Shown: in pieces, positions 19,719 through 29,231 of the stretch
How the letters are laid out: every line of letters begins with the position of its first letter
How positions within the stretch are numbered: the first letter of the stretch is position 1
Source of the DNA: an uncultured Bdellovibrio sp.
GTDB lineage: Bacteria > Bdellovibrionota > Bdellovibrionia > Bdellovibrionales > Bdellovibrionaceae
Length of the DNA: 64,000 nucleotides
Assembly (NCBI GenBank): GCA_963932905.1
Contig: CAWVRN010000002.1
Span: 96,001-160,000, forward strand
Reading direction: 5' to 3'
Notes under the pieces: model-generated
Told to the model about the DNA's origin: nothing
The model's database searches: none
What the model saw: the letters and a program-made list of their open reading frames with translations, nothing else
Program-made: the position numbers and the translations under genes

Positions 19719-20888
19719 ATGACAGTAATGAATACGAAATTGGGTGTTAATCAATTTGGTGCCACTCAGACCAAAGCAACTTCTTCAAATGCTTCGCAGG
19801 CACAACTAACGGACGCTGATTTAAAAAAATTAGGCGGGGACAACGTTGGTGATGTTCTAAATAAAGTTGCGGATCCAAATTGGGTCGATCCTTCTAAGAA
19901 AATGCGTACTGTCGGTAATGATAAATTAGATAAAGATGCGTTCTTTAAACTAATGTTGGCGCAAATGAAGAATCAAGATCCGACGAATCCTTTAAAGTCA
20001 CACGAGATGGCCGCACAGTTAGCCAGCTTCTCGTCACTCGAGCAAATGCAAAATATGAATACAACATTAACTGATCTGAAGAATGGTCAGAAGCCAACTG
20101 AACAGTTTCAGGTGTTGAATTTATTGGGTAAAGGCGTTGCTGGGGATTCGTCTAAAATTCTTCGTAATCCTGGTGATAAGTCTCATGAATTTGTTTTCAA
20201 TTTACCAATGAAAGCGAAAGAAGCGGACATCCGCGTTCGTAATGCTGATGGTGAAGTTGTGAAAACATATAAATTAACAGGGTTGAAAGAAGGCGAGAAT
20301 CGTCTTCCTTGGAATGGCCAAGATGAAAAAGGAAACGCGGTACCTGCTGGTGAATATCAATTCTTCATCGAAGCGAAAAATGATCAAGGACAGAAGATGG
20401 CCATCAAAACAGAATTCGAAGGTCAGATTACCGGCGTGAACTATGCTCCGGAAGGACCAGTGTTGTTAATTGGAAATCAAGCGATCCGTCTACGTGATGT
20501 TAAGAAAATCGTTGATCCTCAGCTGATGAATGCTCCAAGTAAAGCTAACGAAATAAATCCAGAACTTCAAGCGATGCCAGCGGCTCCGCAACCAGGCGCA
20601 GTTCCGGGTGCTCCTCAGCTTCCTCCAGGAATGCCGGGGCTTCCCGCAATGCCAGGTTTATCTATGACTCCGCCAGTAGGCGCCGGTGGGGCTTCCACGG
20701 TACCACCGCAACCGCAAGCACCAGCGGACGGCAAAGGATCAACTCAAGCATCGGCGAATAGCAAAGCCGCTCAACCTAAAAAAGAAGTTCAGGGCGCACC
20801 GCCGGCACCCCAACGAAGCAAGCTTTTAGATCAAGTAGGCTTATCGAGTGAGATGATGGGTAAGATAGCTAAAGAAACTTCAATGTAG
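19719..20888 (+). CDS. flgD: Flagellar hook-cap protein FlgD with a Pro-rich C-terminal extension
   Basis: FFKLMLAQMKNQDPTNP, QLASFSSLEQM, WNGQDEKG FlgD-Ig motif. Confidence 0.93.
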   Translation: MTVMNTKLGVNQFGATQTKATSSNASQAQLTDADLKKLGGDNVGDVLNKVADPNWVDPSKKMRTVGNDKLDKDAFFKLMLAQMKNQDPTNPLKSHEMAAQLASFSSLEQMQNMNTTLTDLKNGQKPTEQFQVLNLLGKGVAGDSSKILRNPGDKSHEFVFNLPMKAKEADIRVRNADGEVVKTYKLTGLKEGENRLPWNGQDEKGNAVPAGEYQFFIEAKNDQGQKMAIKTEFEGQITGVNYAPEGPVLLIGNQAIRLRDVKKIVDPQLMNAPSKANEINPELQAMPAAPQPGAVPGAPQLPPGMPGLPAMPGLSMTPPVGAGGASTVPPQPQAPADGKGSTQASANSKAAQPKKEVQGAPPAPQRSKLLDQVGLSSEMMGKIAKETSM

Positions 20889-20896
20889 GAATTTAA

Positions 20897-21385
20897 ATGA
20901 ACCACTGGAAACCATGTAGCAGTTGTAAGAAAGAAATCGGATTTAATACGAAATATTACGAGTGCAGTGTTTCCACATGTACGGGTTCGCGAACTGGATA
21001 TGTTTTTTGTTCTGTTCCATGCTGGGAACGTCACCTTCCTGGCGCTAAACATCGCGATGCCGCTGCCATAGAAAAAAAATCTCCTACCCAGGCCGAATTT
21101 GAAAAGTCACAAGAGACCGTGGCCCCAGTTGGTGGTCAACGGCGAATTATTGCTTCATCAGCACCATTGTCCTCTACCGCCGCCACCAAGAAAGACGAAA
21201 ATGAAATCTTAGTCGTTGTTTCTAAAGTAAAAGCTTATATCAAATCGCAAGCCGACATGAATGTTTCTGACGAGATAATGGACATTCTTTCTCATCGAAT
21301 CCGTTATTTCTGCGACCAGGCGATTAAACACGCTCAAGCTGACGGAAGAAAAACGGTTCAAGACAAAGATATGAAAGTTAGCTGA
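20897..21385 (+). CDS. Zinc-finger (ZZ-like) plus bacterial histone-fold protein
   Basis: N-terminal CSSC...CSVSTC...CSVPCWERH...H; C-terminal EILVVVSKVKAYIK...MNVS...AQADGRKTVQDKD resembles Bdellovibrio histone Bd0055, including the R-K-T...D signature. Confidence 0.88.
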   Translation: MNHWKPCSSCKKEIGFNTKYYECSVSTCTGSRTGYVFCSVPCWERHLPGAKHRDAAAIEKKSPTQAEFEKSQETVAPVGGQRRIIASSAPLSSTAATKKDENEILVVVSKVKAYIKSQADMNVSDEIMDILSHRIRYFCDQAIKHAQADGRKTVQDKDMKVS

Positions 21386-21483
21386 AATCTGTTATTTCTC
21401 ATAAAATAATTATTTTTTTTAGTGTTCAATAGTCTGCCTTTATACTATTCCTATCATTTACTTTTTATCGCGTTGGAGTTGCT

Positions 21484-23433
21484 TTGGAATTACTGAGTGC
21501 CATTTTATCTGAGAAAAGTGATTTAGGGCCACAAGGGCGTGCCAAATGGTTATCGCGTTTGCTGTTCTGGTTCCAGCGTTCGCGTTCTTCTGATGAAAAG
21601 GAAATCAATTGGGAAAAGATCTACACCACTCGTTTAAAGTTTATCATTGTTCAGCTCAGAGCCAATCCTGAATGGCGGGATAATGTCGAGTCTAATTTAC
21701 GGCATGTCTTGATTGATCTGCTGACGTCACATCAATTGTCTAGCGCAGGGTTGCCGGACGAAACTAGTTTTTTTCAAGATTTTTTTCATCGTGTTCAAGA
21801 CAAGATTCTTCCGGATGGACTTTTCCAAAATGACCTAGCGTCCATACTTAAGCATACTTTTGATTCCGAGAATGAAATAGTGATTATTGATGCCATCGAC
21901 GAGGAAACTATTAGTGAGTTCATTGTCGAAGTATTTCGAGATAAGTCAGACCACAAGTTAATGAGGTCAGCCTTGATTCAGTCGTTAATACGAACCAGTA
22001 TCCAACTAGCCAATAGCTCTTTGTTGTTGTCGAATAAGTTGTTTAAGCGCGGATTTTCAAATTGGGAAAATGCAGAACGTATTTCAAAAAGTATTTTGTT
22101 TGATTTTGCCAACGCAGGTGAATCGATAAATGTTGTTCAATTGTGTGAATCTATTAATGAACTAGAAAAAGTCACCAACATTATCCAGAGCAATTTGGGT
22201 AAGATGGGTGTTGAGATTGAGGTCGTCTATACACTTCAAATACAACTTAAACGTATAAAGCGTTTAAAATTATTAACTAACTTTTTAGACGAAAAACTTT
22301 CAACGGCATTGGCTAGTCGACTATTTTTCTCTGAATTGGTGAAGGATGTCTACGAAAGCCGCGGCATCAAAGGATTTCTGGTTACCAATCTAGAGTTACT
22401 AGCAAAACGTGTAGTGCAGGGTAACTCAGCCGTGGGTGAACACTATATCGCAAAAACCTGGGATGATGTCAGGGCTATGTTTCTGTCGGCTTTGGGTGGA
22501 GGTATGGTTACCTCAATGACCGTATTCATCAAACATGTACTTTCGCTTATAGGCCTAACCGGATTTTTAAAAGGCGCCGCGGATGCCGTGAACTATTCTT
22601 GCAGTTTCTTGGCGATTCAACTAGCGGGTTTCACGTTAGCAACTAAACAGCCTTCGACAACGGCCGCGTTCTTGGCCAAAACGTTAGAGACCTCGACTCG
22701 CGAAAGTGTCCTTTCTATATTTTATATTTTGCGTGCTCAAATTGTTGCCGTTATCGGTAATGTTTCTGCTGTGGTTCCAATTTGTTTTTTTCTTTCATTG
22801 GGATTCCAAAAAATGGGACATCCCATGATGAGTTTAGAAGAGGCTCGTTCGGTGTTTGCTTCTACCCACTTGCTGGGGCCAACAGTTGTATTTGCCTGCT
22901 TCACCGGGGTGTTGCTGTTCCTATCCAGTCTAGTTGCAGGCTGGTTTGAAAATTTTTGTATCGTCACTAGCTTGCCAACACGTATTCGTCACAACAGTAA
23001 ATTATCCGCTTTAATAGGAAAAAAAGCGGCGTTGAATTTTTCTGAATTTATCAAAGAAAATAGTAACGCATTGGCGGCTAATATTTCTCTAGGTTTATTA
23101 CTTGGTTTAGTTCCTCAATTGCTAAAGTTTCTAAGCATACCGCTAGAAGCCCGTCACGTAACTCTGGCCTCGGGCGCTTTTGCATCGTCATTACCCATTA
23201 TGCTAGATCAAACCGAATATTCTGTTTTTGAATTTGCAAATGCAATAAGCGGGCTCGTGTTGATCGGTTTTTGTAATTTGATTGTCAGCTTCTCACTGTC
23301 CTTAACACTGGCTCTGGCAGCGTCTGAAGGGTCACGTGGTTCAGTGATGAAATTATTAAGATGGACAGGAAAGACGGTGATTCGTCGGCCGTATATGCTG
23401 ATTTATCCGGAAAGAAGAAAGAAAAAGAGCTAG
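21484..23433 (+). CDS. Gcr/'SpecificRecomb' (PF10136-like) polytopic membrane protein
   Basis: GEHYIA, FTLATKQP, AGWFEN, RHVTLASG motifs; multiple C-terminal TMs; TTG start after GGAG. Confidence 0.8.
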   Translation: MELLSAILSEKSDLGPQGRAKWLSRLLFWFQRSRSSDEKEINWEKIYTTRLKFIIVQLRANPEWRDNVESNLRHVLIDLLTSHQLSSAGLPDETSFFQDFFHRVQDKILPDGLFQNDLASILKHTFDSENEIVIIDAIDEETISEFIVEVFRDKSDHKLMRSALIQSLIRTSIQLANSSLLLSNKLFKRGFSNWENAERISKSILFDFANAGESINVVQLCESINELEKVTNIIQSNLGKMGVEIEVVYTLQIQLKRIKRLKLLTNFLDEKLSTALASRLFFSELVKDVYESRGIKGFLVTNLELLAKRVVQGNSAVGEHYIAKTWDDVRAMFLSALGGGMVTSMTVFIKHVLSLIGLTGFLKGAADAVNYSCSFLAIQLAGFTLATKQPSTTAAFLAKTLETSTRESVLSIFYILRAQIVAVIGNVSAVVPICFFLSLGFQKMGHPMMSLEEARSVFASTHLLGPTVVFACFTGVLLFLSSLVAGWFENFCIVTSLPTRIRHNSKLSALIGKKAALNFSEFIKENSNALAANISLGLLLGLVPQLLKFLSIPLEARHVTLASGAFASSLPIMLDQTEYSVFEFANAISGLVLIGFCNLIVSFSLSLTLALAASEGSRGSVMKLLRWTGKTVIRRPYMLIYPERRKKKS

Positions 23434-23460
23434 GCTAAAAACCCAGCTCTTTCGAATGAA

Positions 23461-24300
23461 TTATTTTTGAACGATGTTTCTTAAACCTGAAGAACCATTC
23501 GCGCCATAAACTGCTTTAGCAATTCCCGCGCATTGAGCTGCGACCGCCGCGATAGATTGGGCTCCGATTTTACCAAACACTATTTGTCCCACAGTGAAGT
23601 CTGGATCGTCATCTAAATGGCAATCAGCTACGACTGGGTATTGATTTACATCTAATTTTGGATTTTTAATTGCTGCAGAGCCGTTGTTTTTGTAGGCCGC
23701 CGTAGCGATTAGTTTACATTGGTTCATCGCTTCTAAGAAGTCAGACGTCGCGATTTGACCAACAGCAATTTGTCCTGCCGTGAAATCAGGGTCATCGTCA
23801 ATTTCGCACGTCGCCTCTACGAAGTAAGTTGGTTTTTGTATTACCGTGGCATTTGAAATTCCAAACGAGTACTGAGTCGAACCACTTGATTTGGCGATTG
23901 CCTCACAATCCGCTAAAATGGCACGAATTGAACTGCCCTTCAGCGTACCACCACTCATTTGCCCTGGTGTAAAATCAGGGTCGTCATCGATTTCACATTT
24001 TGCTGACATAATCACACGGTTATTTACAGGAGGTGGTGGGTAGTTAGGCTCATTGGGTGGGTAGGTTTCATTTAAAGAGTCGTTTAGGTTTCTTTCTGCC
24101 GCTGTCAGGCGTCTTTTAATTTGCTGCAATTTGCGAGTGATGTCTTGGACACTTCCGCCGCGGCCTAAATCAGAAATGGTACGAGTTAGCTCTTGTCGAG
24201 CCGCTGAAACTTGTTCTGTACCTTTTTGAACAAGAAAGTCGTCAGCCGCCATCGCGCTGAAAGCGACTAGGTAGCTGGATAAAATAAGTGATTTTTTCAT
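23461..24300 (-). CDS. Secreted protein with three C-x-x-DDDPDFT-x-GQ repeats
   Basis: Likely start MKKSLIL at 24300 (GGGGG RBS), signal peptide, coiled coil, Pro linker, three ~62-aa repeats. Confidence 0.8.
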   Translation of the reverse strand: MKKSLILSSYLVAFSAMAADDFLVQKGTEQVSAARQELTRTISDLGRGGSVQDITRKLQQIKRRLTAAERNLNDSLNETYPPNEPNYPPPPVNNRVIMSAKCEIDDDPDFTPGQMSGGTLKGSSIRAILADCEAIAKSSGSTQYSFGISNATVIQKPTYFVEATCEIDDDPDFTAGQIAVGQIATSDFLEAMNQCKLIATAAYKNNGSAAIKNPKLDVNQYPVVADCHLDDDPDFTVGQIVFGKIGAQSIAAVAAQCAGIAKAVYGANGSSGLRNIVQK

Positions 24301-24358
24301 TGGTTCCCCCATAATTTGGGTTCGAAATGACTCCGAACCGCATTCGGTTTGGAGAGTT

Positions 24359-24374
24359 TGCAAGTGGCAGACCA
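24359..24374 (-). promoter_or_regulatory. Putative sigma54 promoter
   Basis: Minus strand TGGTCTGCCACTTGCA fits GG-N10-GC with TTGC, about 60 bp upstream of ATG 24300. Confidence 0.5.
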
Positions 24375-24492
24375 ATCAAATTTCGTCGGCAAATTCAAAT
24401 TGCCCCCGCACGATGCGCCGTACTTGAACATGAATGAAATTATGAAATCTGGTCAATGAGTTGTTGATATGAAATCGACGAAAAAATACTTA

Positions 24493-24530
24493 GCAGTTTC
24501 TAAAAGTAGGGGATTACCTTTAGAAACTGC
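24493..24530. repeat. Intergenic inverted repeat with a 12-bp stem
   Basis: GCAGTTTCTAAA...TTTAGAAACTGC. Confidence 0.6.
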
Positions 24531-24647
24531 ACCTAAAGCCAGTGAAATTTTGCCACCAGTTGGCCCTATTTTAAGTTTTAGACTAGATTTTAAAGATAAT
24601 TCTTGCTGGACTTGAAAAGCAGTCTCCAAATCTGTGATGATGAATGT

Positions 24648-25079
24648 ATGGACGTAAAGAAAATGAATACTTTAGACACCGCAATAAAGGGGACAGGCTT
24701 CCCTGCCGGTGGTATTTCTCAAGGTACTCAGGTTCCGTCTACAGGACCTTCGTTCAAAGATACGTTGAATGGATTGTCCACTGTTGACTTGAAGAAAGTG
24801 GCTAATGATGCCGGTCTAGGCGAGAAGGGAATTAAGTTCTCGAATCACGCGATCGAGCGCATGCAGTCTAGGGGAATTTCATTTAAGGCGGACGATATGA
24901 CCAAATTAAATGAAGCCGTAGATCGCGCCGCAAGTAAAGGCAGCAAAGATTCACTGATCTTGATGAATGATTCAGCTTTGATCGTGAGTGTGAAAAACAG
25001 AACCGTTGTCACAGTGATGGATAAAACCGCACTGAAAGAAAATGTGTTCACGAATATCGACAGCACGATTGTGATGTAG
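24648..25079 (+). CDS. TIGR02530-family flagellar operon protein (start uncertain)
   Basis: IKFSNHAIERMQSRGI, KGSKDSLIL, NRTVVT, NVFTNIDS motifs; precedes flgE. Confidence 0.88.
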   Translation: MDVKKMNTLDTAIKGTGFPAGGISQGTQVPSTGPSFKDTLNGLSTVDLKKVANDAGLGEKGIKFSNHAIERMQSRGISFKADDMTKLNEAVDRAASKGSKDSLILMNDSALIVSVKNRTVVTVMDKTALKENVFTNIDSTIVM

Positions 25080-25256
25080 GTCTTCGGACAAAGTAAGTAC
25101 TAAACCTTAAATTCTCGAATAGAATTTAGGGATGTAAAAAACAGGGCTGGTCCTCTTTGAGGGGGCCCTCCAAAACTCCCAGAGCCGTTTGCTCAGGGAA
25201 ATTAATTTGGTCCAAGCAGGATGCTTGGGTCATACGAACATGACATGGAGGTCATA

Positions 25257-26540
25257 ATGGGTATTCTATCGTCTCTCTACACAGGCGTATCCGGTTTAAC
25301 AGCACAAGGTGAAGCGTTAGGGGTAATTGGTGATAACATCGCCAACGCCAACACTATCGGTTTCAAAGCCTCTCGTGCAGAATTTCAAGATATCATTTCT
25401 AAGAACTTAAAAGGTATCTTAGGTGGTAACCAGATCGGTCGCGGGGTTAAAATCGGCGCGGTAAATCCAATCTTGGTACAAGGTAACGTGGATGCGACTG
25501 AAAAAGTAACTGACTTAGCAATTTCTGGCGACGGTTACTATAAAGTAAAAGGTAGCGATGGCGAATCATTCACTCGTGATGGTTCATTCCACTTTGATAG
25601 AGAAGGTTACCTAGTTACAAACGATAATCAAAAAGTTCAAGGTTTCATGACGGATGAAAAAGGTAACATCCTAAATAAAATGGCTGATATCAAATTCCCT
25701 CGTGCATTGATCCCTGCAAAAGGATCGACAGAACTGAAGCTAGATCTGAATTTAGATTCACGTGTTGAGCCTACTAAAAAATTCAACATTGACGATCCTT
25801 ACTCAACATCACACTACTCAACGGGTGTAGAGATGTACGACTCACAAGGTAACAAACATTTAGTTCAGTTCTTCTTTAATAAAGTGGCTGATCGTAAGTG
25901 GGAATATAAAGGTCTTTGTGATGGTAAAGAAGTTACCGGTGGTGAAGAAGGAAAAATGGCTCAAGTTGTTGCGGGTACATTAGACTTCACAGTAGATGGA
26001 AAATTAGAAAAACAGGAAGTAACAGATTCATCATTCAACTTCATGGGTGGAGCTTTACAAAATCAAAAAATTAAAATGAATTTCGGTGACGATATCGCAA
26101 GTGGCGGTAAAGGTTTAGATGGAACTAAACAATACGGTAAAGGTTCAGATCTAATCTCATGGCACCAAGACGGTGCGGGCGCAGGTACAATCACTGGTTT
26201 ATCGTTCAATGACGAAGGTGTGTTGACGGCGGTTTATTCGAATGGTCAAGCGGCTGACTTAGCTCAGATTGCTTTAGCAAAATTCGAAAATCCGGAAGCG
26301 TTATTCAAAGTCGGTAACAATCGTTTGAAAGAATCTAGAGATTCTGGTGGTCCATCAATGGGTGCGCCAGGCGCAGCGGGTCGCGGTAAAATTTACGCGA
26401 AATCGTTAGAGCGCTCAACGGTCGACTTAGCGACAGAGTTCGTAAACATGATTCAAAATCAACGTGGTTTCCAAGCCAATGCGAAGACAATCACGACAAC
26501 AGATGAATTACTAAACGAAATCATCCAGTTGAAAAGATAA
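25257..26540 (+). CDS. flgE: Flagellar hook protein FlgE
   Basis: GGAGG RBS before MGILSSLYTGVSGL; NIANANTIGFK, DLAISGDG, FTRDGSF, LERSTVDL, QRGFQANAK. Confidence 0.96.
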   Translation: MGILSSLYTGVSGLTAQGEALGVIGDNIANANTIGFKASRAEFQDIISKNLKGILGGNQIGRGVKIGAVNPILVQGNVDATEKVTDLAISGDGYYKVKGSDGESFTRDGSFHFDREGYLVTNDNQKVQGFMTDEKGNILNKMADIKFPRALIPAKGSTELKLDLNLDSRVEPTKKFNIDDPYSTSHYSTGVEMYDSQGNKHLVQFFFNKVADRKWEYKGLCDGKEVTGGEEGKMAQVVAGTLDFTVDGKLEKQEVTDSSFNFMGGALQNQKIKMNFGDDIASGGKGLDGTKQYGKGSDLISWHQDGAGAGTITGLSFNDEGVLTAVYSNGQAADLAQIALAKFENPEALFKVGNNRLKESRDSGGPSMGAPGAAGRGKIYAKSLERSTVDLATEFVNMIQNQRGFQANAKTITTTDELLNEIIQLKR

Positions 26541-26593
26541 ACACTGAATTAGCTTAATAAAATAAAAAACCCAGTTTTTTATATCAATACCCA

Positions 26594-26636
26594 GCCCCGC
26601 GATGAAGTAGAGAGCATCGTGGGGCATTTTTATTTT
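26594..26636 (+). terminator. Intrinsic terminator after flgE
   Basis: GCCCCGCGATG-loop-CATCGTGGGGC followed by a T-rich run. Confidence 0.75.
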
Positions 26637-26642
26637 CTGTGT

Positions 26643-28409
26643 TTAAGAACCAGAAATTATTTTTTGTAATTGTAAAACCTGATTTTTTAATGACAAAGCC
26701 TCATTTGCTAAGGCCTGTGCTGACGCCGCCGATTCTTCGGCAGAACCCGCGTTCATTTGCGTGGCTTGATCTAGCTGATTCATCGCTTCTGTAATCTGTC
26801 CTAGTCCAACCGATTGTTCTTGGCTGGCCCCAGAAATTTCAGAATTGAGTGCGGCCATCCTTTTAATTGAAGATACAATATTTCCTAAAACCTGTTCGCT
26901 TCGTTTTGCTGCGGCTGAACTATTTACTACCTTTTCAGTGTTTTCGTTAATCAAAGAGGATATATTTTTAGCTTGCTCAGAACTTCGTTGAGCAAGTGAG
27001 CGTACGGCCTCGGCAACTACCGCGAAACCACGCCCTTGTTCGCCTGCTCTGGCAGCCTCGACGGCAGCATTTAGGGCTAATAAATTTGTCTGAAACGCGA
27101 CATCATCTATCACCGAAACAATAGCTTGTATTTTTTCTGAACTACTAGCCATCTCGTTAATAGCAGAAATTAATTGCATAATTTGTTGTTCCCCGTTTTC
27201 TGCGTTTTTCTGACTTTCTAGTGAGAGTTGCGATGCCGACGCCGAGTTTGATGCATTTATTTTTACCATGCTTGAAAGTTCCTCTAGCGATGCCACTGTT
27301 TCTTCCAATGAGGCGGCTGCTTCAGTGGACGCGGTCGCAATGACGTCGCTTGAAGTTTTTAGTTGCGTAGAGGCAGAGCCAACATCTTCGGCACTTTGAT
27401 TGAGAGAATTTATCGTCTTGTAAATTGGGCGTGTGATCCCGGTGATGATGAAGTTAACTAGGACAAAAATTCCCAGCAGTAAACCAGCACTAATGGCAGC
27501 CAAAACAACACCCTCGGAATAGGCTCGCGTGTAAACTAGATGTACTTTTTCAAGTAGTGCATCATTTTCGTTTGCAATCAAATCAGCAATGGCGTCGATG
27601 GACTTTGTAATCGTATTAAAAAAGTCAGTTGTATTTAATCCAAAATTACCTTGATTGGATAACCTAATGACCGACACAGCAGTTTGTTTCACAGAACGCC
27701 ATTCTGTCGATGTATTAAATTCTGCGATTCCTTTTTTTGTAATATCTAAGAATATCGTCGAGGGAGAATTTAAATGGGCAGATACACCCCCAATATAGTC
27801 AGTGATTTTCTCAACCTGGCTATCAGTTAAACTTTTGTTGCTAGCTATGATTCCAGTCAATGTGGCACGCAGCTGACCGGCTTCTTCTTTGGATGTCTCT
27901 AAAACAAGTAAAGATCGAGATCGGGACAAAAGCCCATCAGTGTCTTCAATGTTAACAAGTTCTTTTTCTAGCGAAATACAGGCAGCGATCGCTGACGTAA
28001 AAAATTTAAATGTATCGGCAGGTAGTGTGGTTTGCGATTCCACCTGAGTGCGGATAGACGGCAGTTTTCCAAGAAATTCGCTAATTATATCCACAGTCGC
28101 CGATTTGGGATTCAAGGAACCAATTACTTTTTCAAATTCTGAAATTTTTTCTGATGTTTTTGCCTTTTGCTTAGATAAAACTTCGGCAGAAATTCCTTTG
28201 TTTAAAAAGCCTACCGAAATTCCTCGCTCTTTTTGCAGTTCATGAATCAACTTAGAAGACGCATAAAAAATACTGGAGTTATTTGAGATATTGTTGGCAA
28301 TCTTAATTCTTTTGTAATTTTCATTTAGCTGTAGGCTTACCATTGCTAGGTAAGCTAGAACTGGAATAATTGACGCAACGGATATTTTTGCTCTAAGACT
28401 AAAGTTCAT
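26643..28409 (-). CDS. Methyl-accepting chemotaxis protein with a NIT (nitrate/nitrite-sensing-type) periplasmic domain
   Basis: [10 protein letters not shown] and [12 protein letters not shown] motifs, two TMs, [27 protein letters not shown]; likely start MNFSL with AAGGGG RBS. Confidence 0.92.
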   Translation of the reverse strand: MNFSLRAKISVASIIPVLAYLAMVSLQLNENYKRIKIANNISNNSSIFYASSKLIHELQKERGISVGFLNKGISAEVLSKQKAKTSEKISEFEKVIGSLNPKSATVDIISEFLGKLPSIRTQVESQTTLPADTFKFFTSAIAACISLEKELVNIEDTDGLLSRSRSLLVLETSKEEAGQLRATLTGIIASNKSLTDSQVEKITDYIGGVSAHLNSPSTIFLDITKKGIAEFNTSTEWRSVKQTAVSVIRLSNQGNFGLNTTDFFNTITKSIDAIADLIANENDALLEKVHLVYTRAYSEGVVLAAISAGLLLGIFVLVNFIITGITRPIYKTINSLNQSAEDVGSASTQLKTSSDVIATASTEAAASLEETVASLEELSSMVKINASNSASASQLSLESQKNAENGEQQIMQLISAINEMASSSEKIQAIVSVIDDVAFQTNLLALNAAVEAARAGEQGRGFAVVAEAVRSLAQRSSEQAKNISSLINENTEKVVNSSAAAKRSEQVLGNIVSSIKRMAALNSEISGASQEQSVGLGQITEAMNQLDQATQMNAGSAEESAASAQALANEALSLKNQVLQLQKIISGS

Positions 28410-28428
28410 TTGGTTCCCCTTACACATA

Positions 28429-28455
28429 CTATCGTCGCAATTTTTTACGACTTCA
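28429..28455 (-). promoter_or_regulatory. Putative sigma28 promoter of the MCP gene
   Basis: Minus strand TGAAG-N14-GACGATAG. Confidence 0.45.
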
Positions 28456-28584
28456 CGAAGTTGTTAAGATTTCTTGAAACAGTTTGAATTCGTATCGAAT
28501 TGACACGGAAATGCCTATTATTGTTACAAAGCATTTCACTGGACTTAAGTAGTTTTCGTTAATAACTTTTCTTTTGGGGGTTTT

Positions 28585-29211
28585 ATGAAAACTATGTGGT
28601 TACTGTGTTCGATGATGATGGTTTTAGTTTCTTGTAAGGAAATTTCCGGAACTTTGACTGTTAGCCAAGATTTTTCGGCTAATGTGAACAAGAAATGTGG
28701 TTGGAATCCGTTTGGGTCTTGTAATCCTAATAAAAAACTTCAAGTACCTGCAGGTTCTTACGAAGCGGTTGTAGATTTTGGTTCTAAAACTGAAATCAAA
28801 ATTGCGATGAAGGCTAATGCGTACAAAGAAAATATCTTTCTTTCTCGTCCGAAAAATTTTGAATTCCCGGCCAACGGTGATTTCGTTTTATCGGCGGCTC
28901 AAGTAAAACAATCATTTGATGTCAAAGGTAGAGTGCAAACGACGGTTTGGAATTCAGCTCCACAACGTGGAAATGAAAGTTGCACTTATACTCTTCCCGT
29001 GTGGGTGTGTTCTGCGGACGGCGACGGTCGTCCATACTGCCATTATGAAAATCAATCTGTTTGGGGTTATCGTATAGTTGAGTACTACAATCGCAATACA
29101 ACTCGCGATATGTGGGCTGATTTGATGGAAGGCCAGCGATCTTTGGCTCGATTCACTGGCGCGAAAACGGATTCAGAAAAAATTTATACTTACACTAGCA
29201 TCTGTCGCTAG
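28585..29211 (+). CDS. Cys-containing lipoprotein, hypothetical
   Basis: Lipobox LVSC, beta-rich 208 aa. Confidence 0.8.
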   Translation: MKTMWLLCSMMMVLVSCKEISGTLTVSQDFSANVNKKCGWNPFGSCNPNKKLQVPAGSYEAVVDFGSKTEIKIAMKANAYKENIFLSRPKNFEFPANGDFVLSAAQVKQSFDVKGRVQTTVWNSAPQRGNESCTYTLPVWVCSADGDGRPYCHYENQSVWGYRIVEYYNRNTTRDMWADLMEGQRSLARFTGAKTDSEKIYTYTSICR

Positions 29212-29231
29212 TTTCCTGTCTGGGGTATCTT

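Noticed and set aside
21484..23433. Mobile element or integrase suggested by the 'site-specific recombinase' family label
   Set aside because: The protein is polytopic membrane with no Tyr (R-H-R-Y) or Ser recombinase motif, and I saw no att-like direct repeats at the block edges
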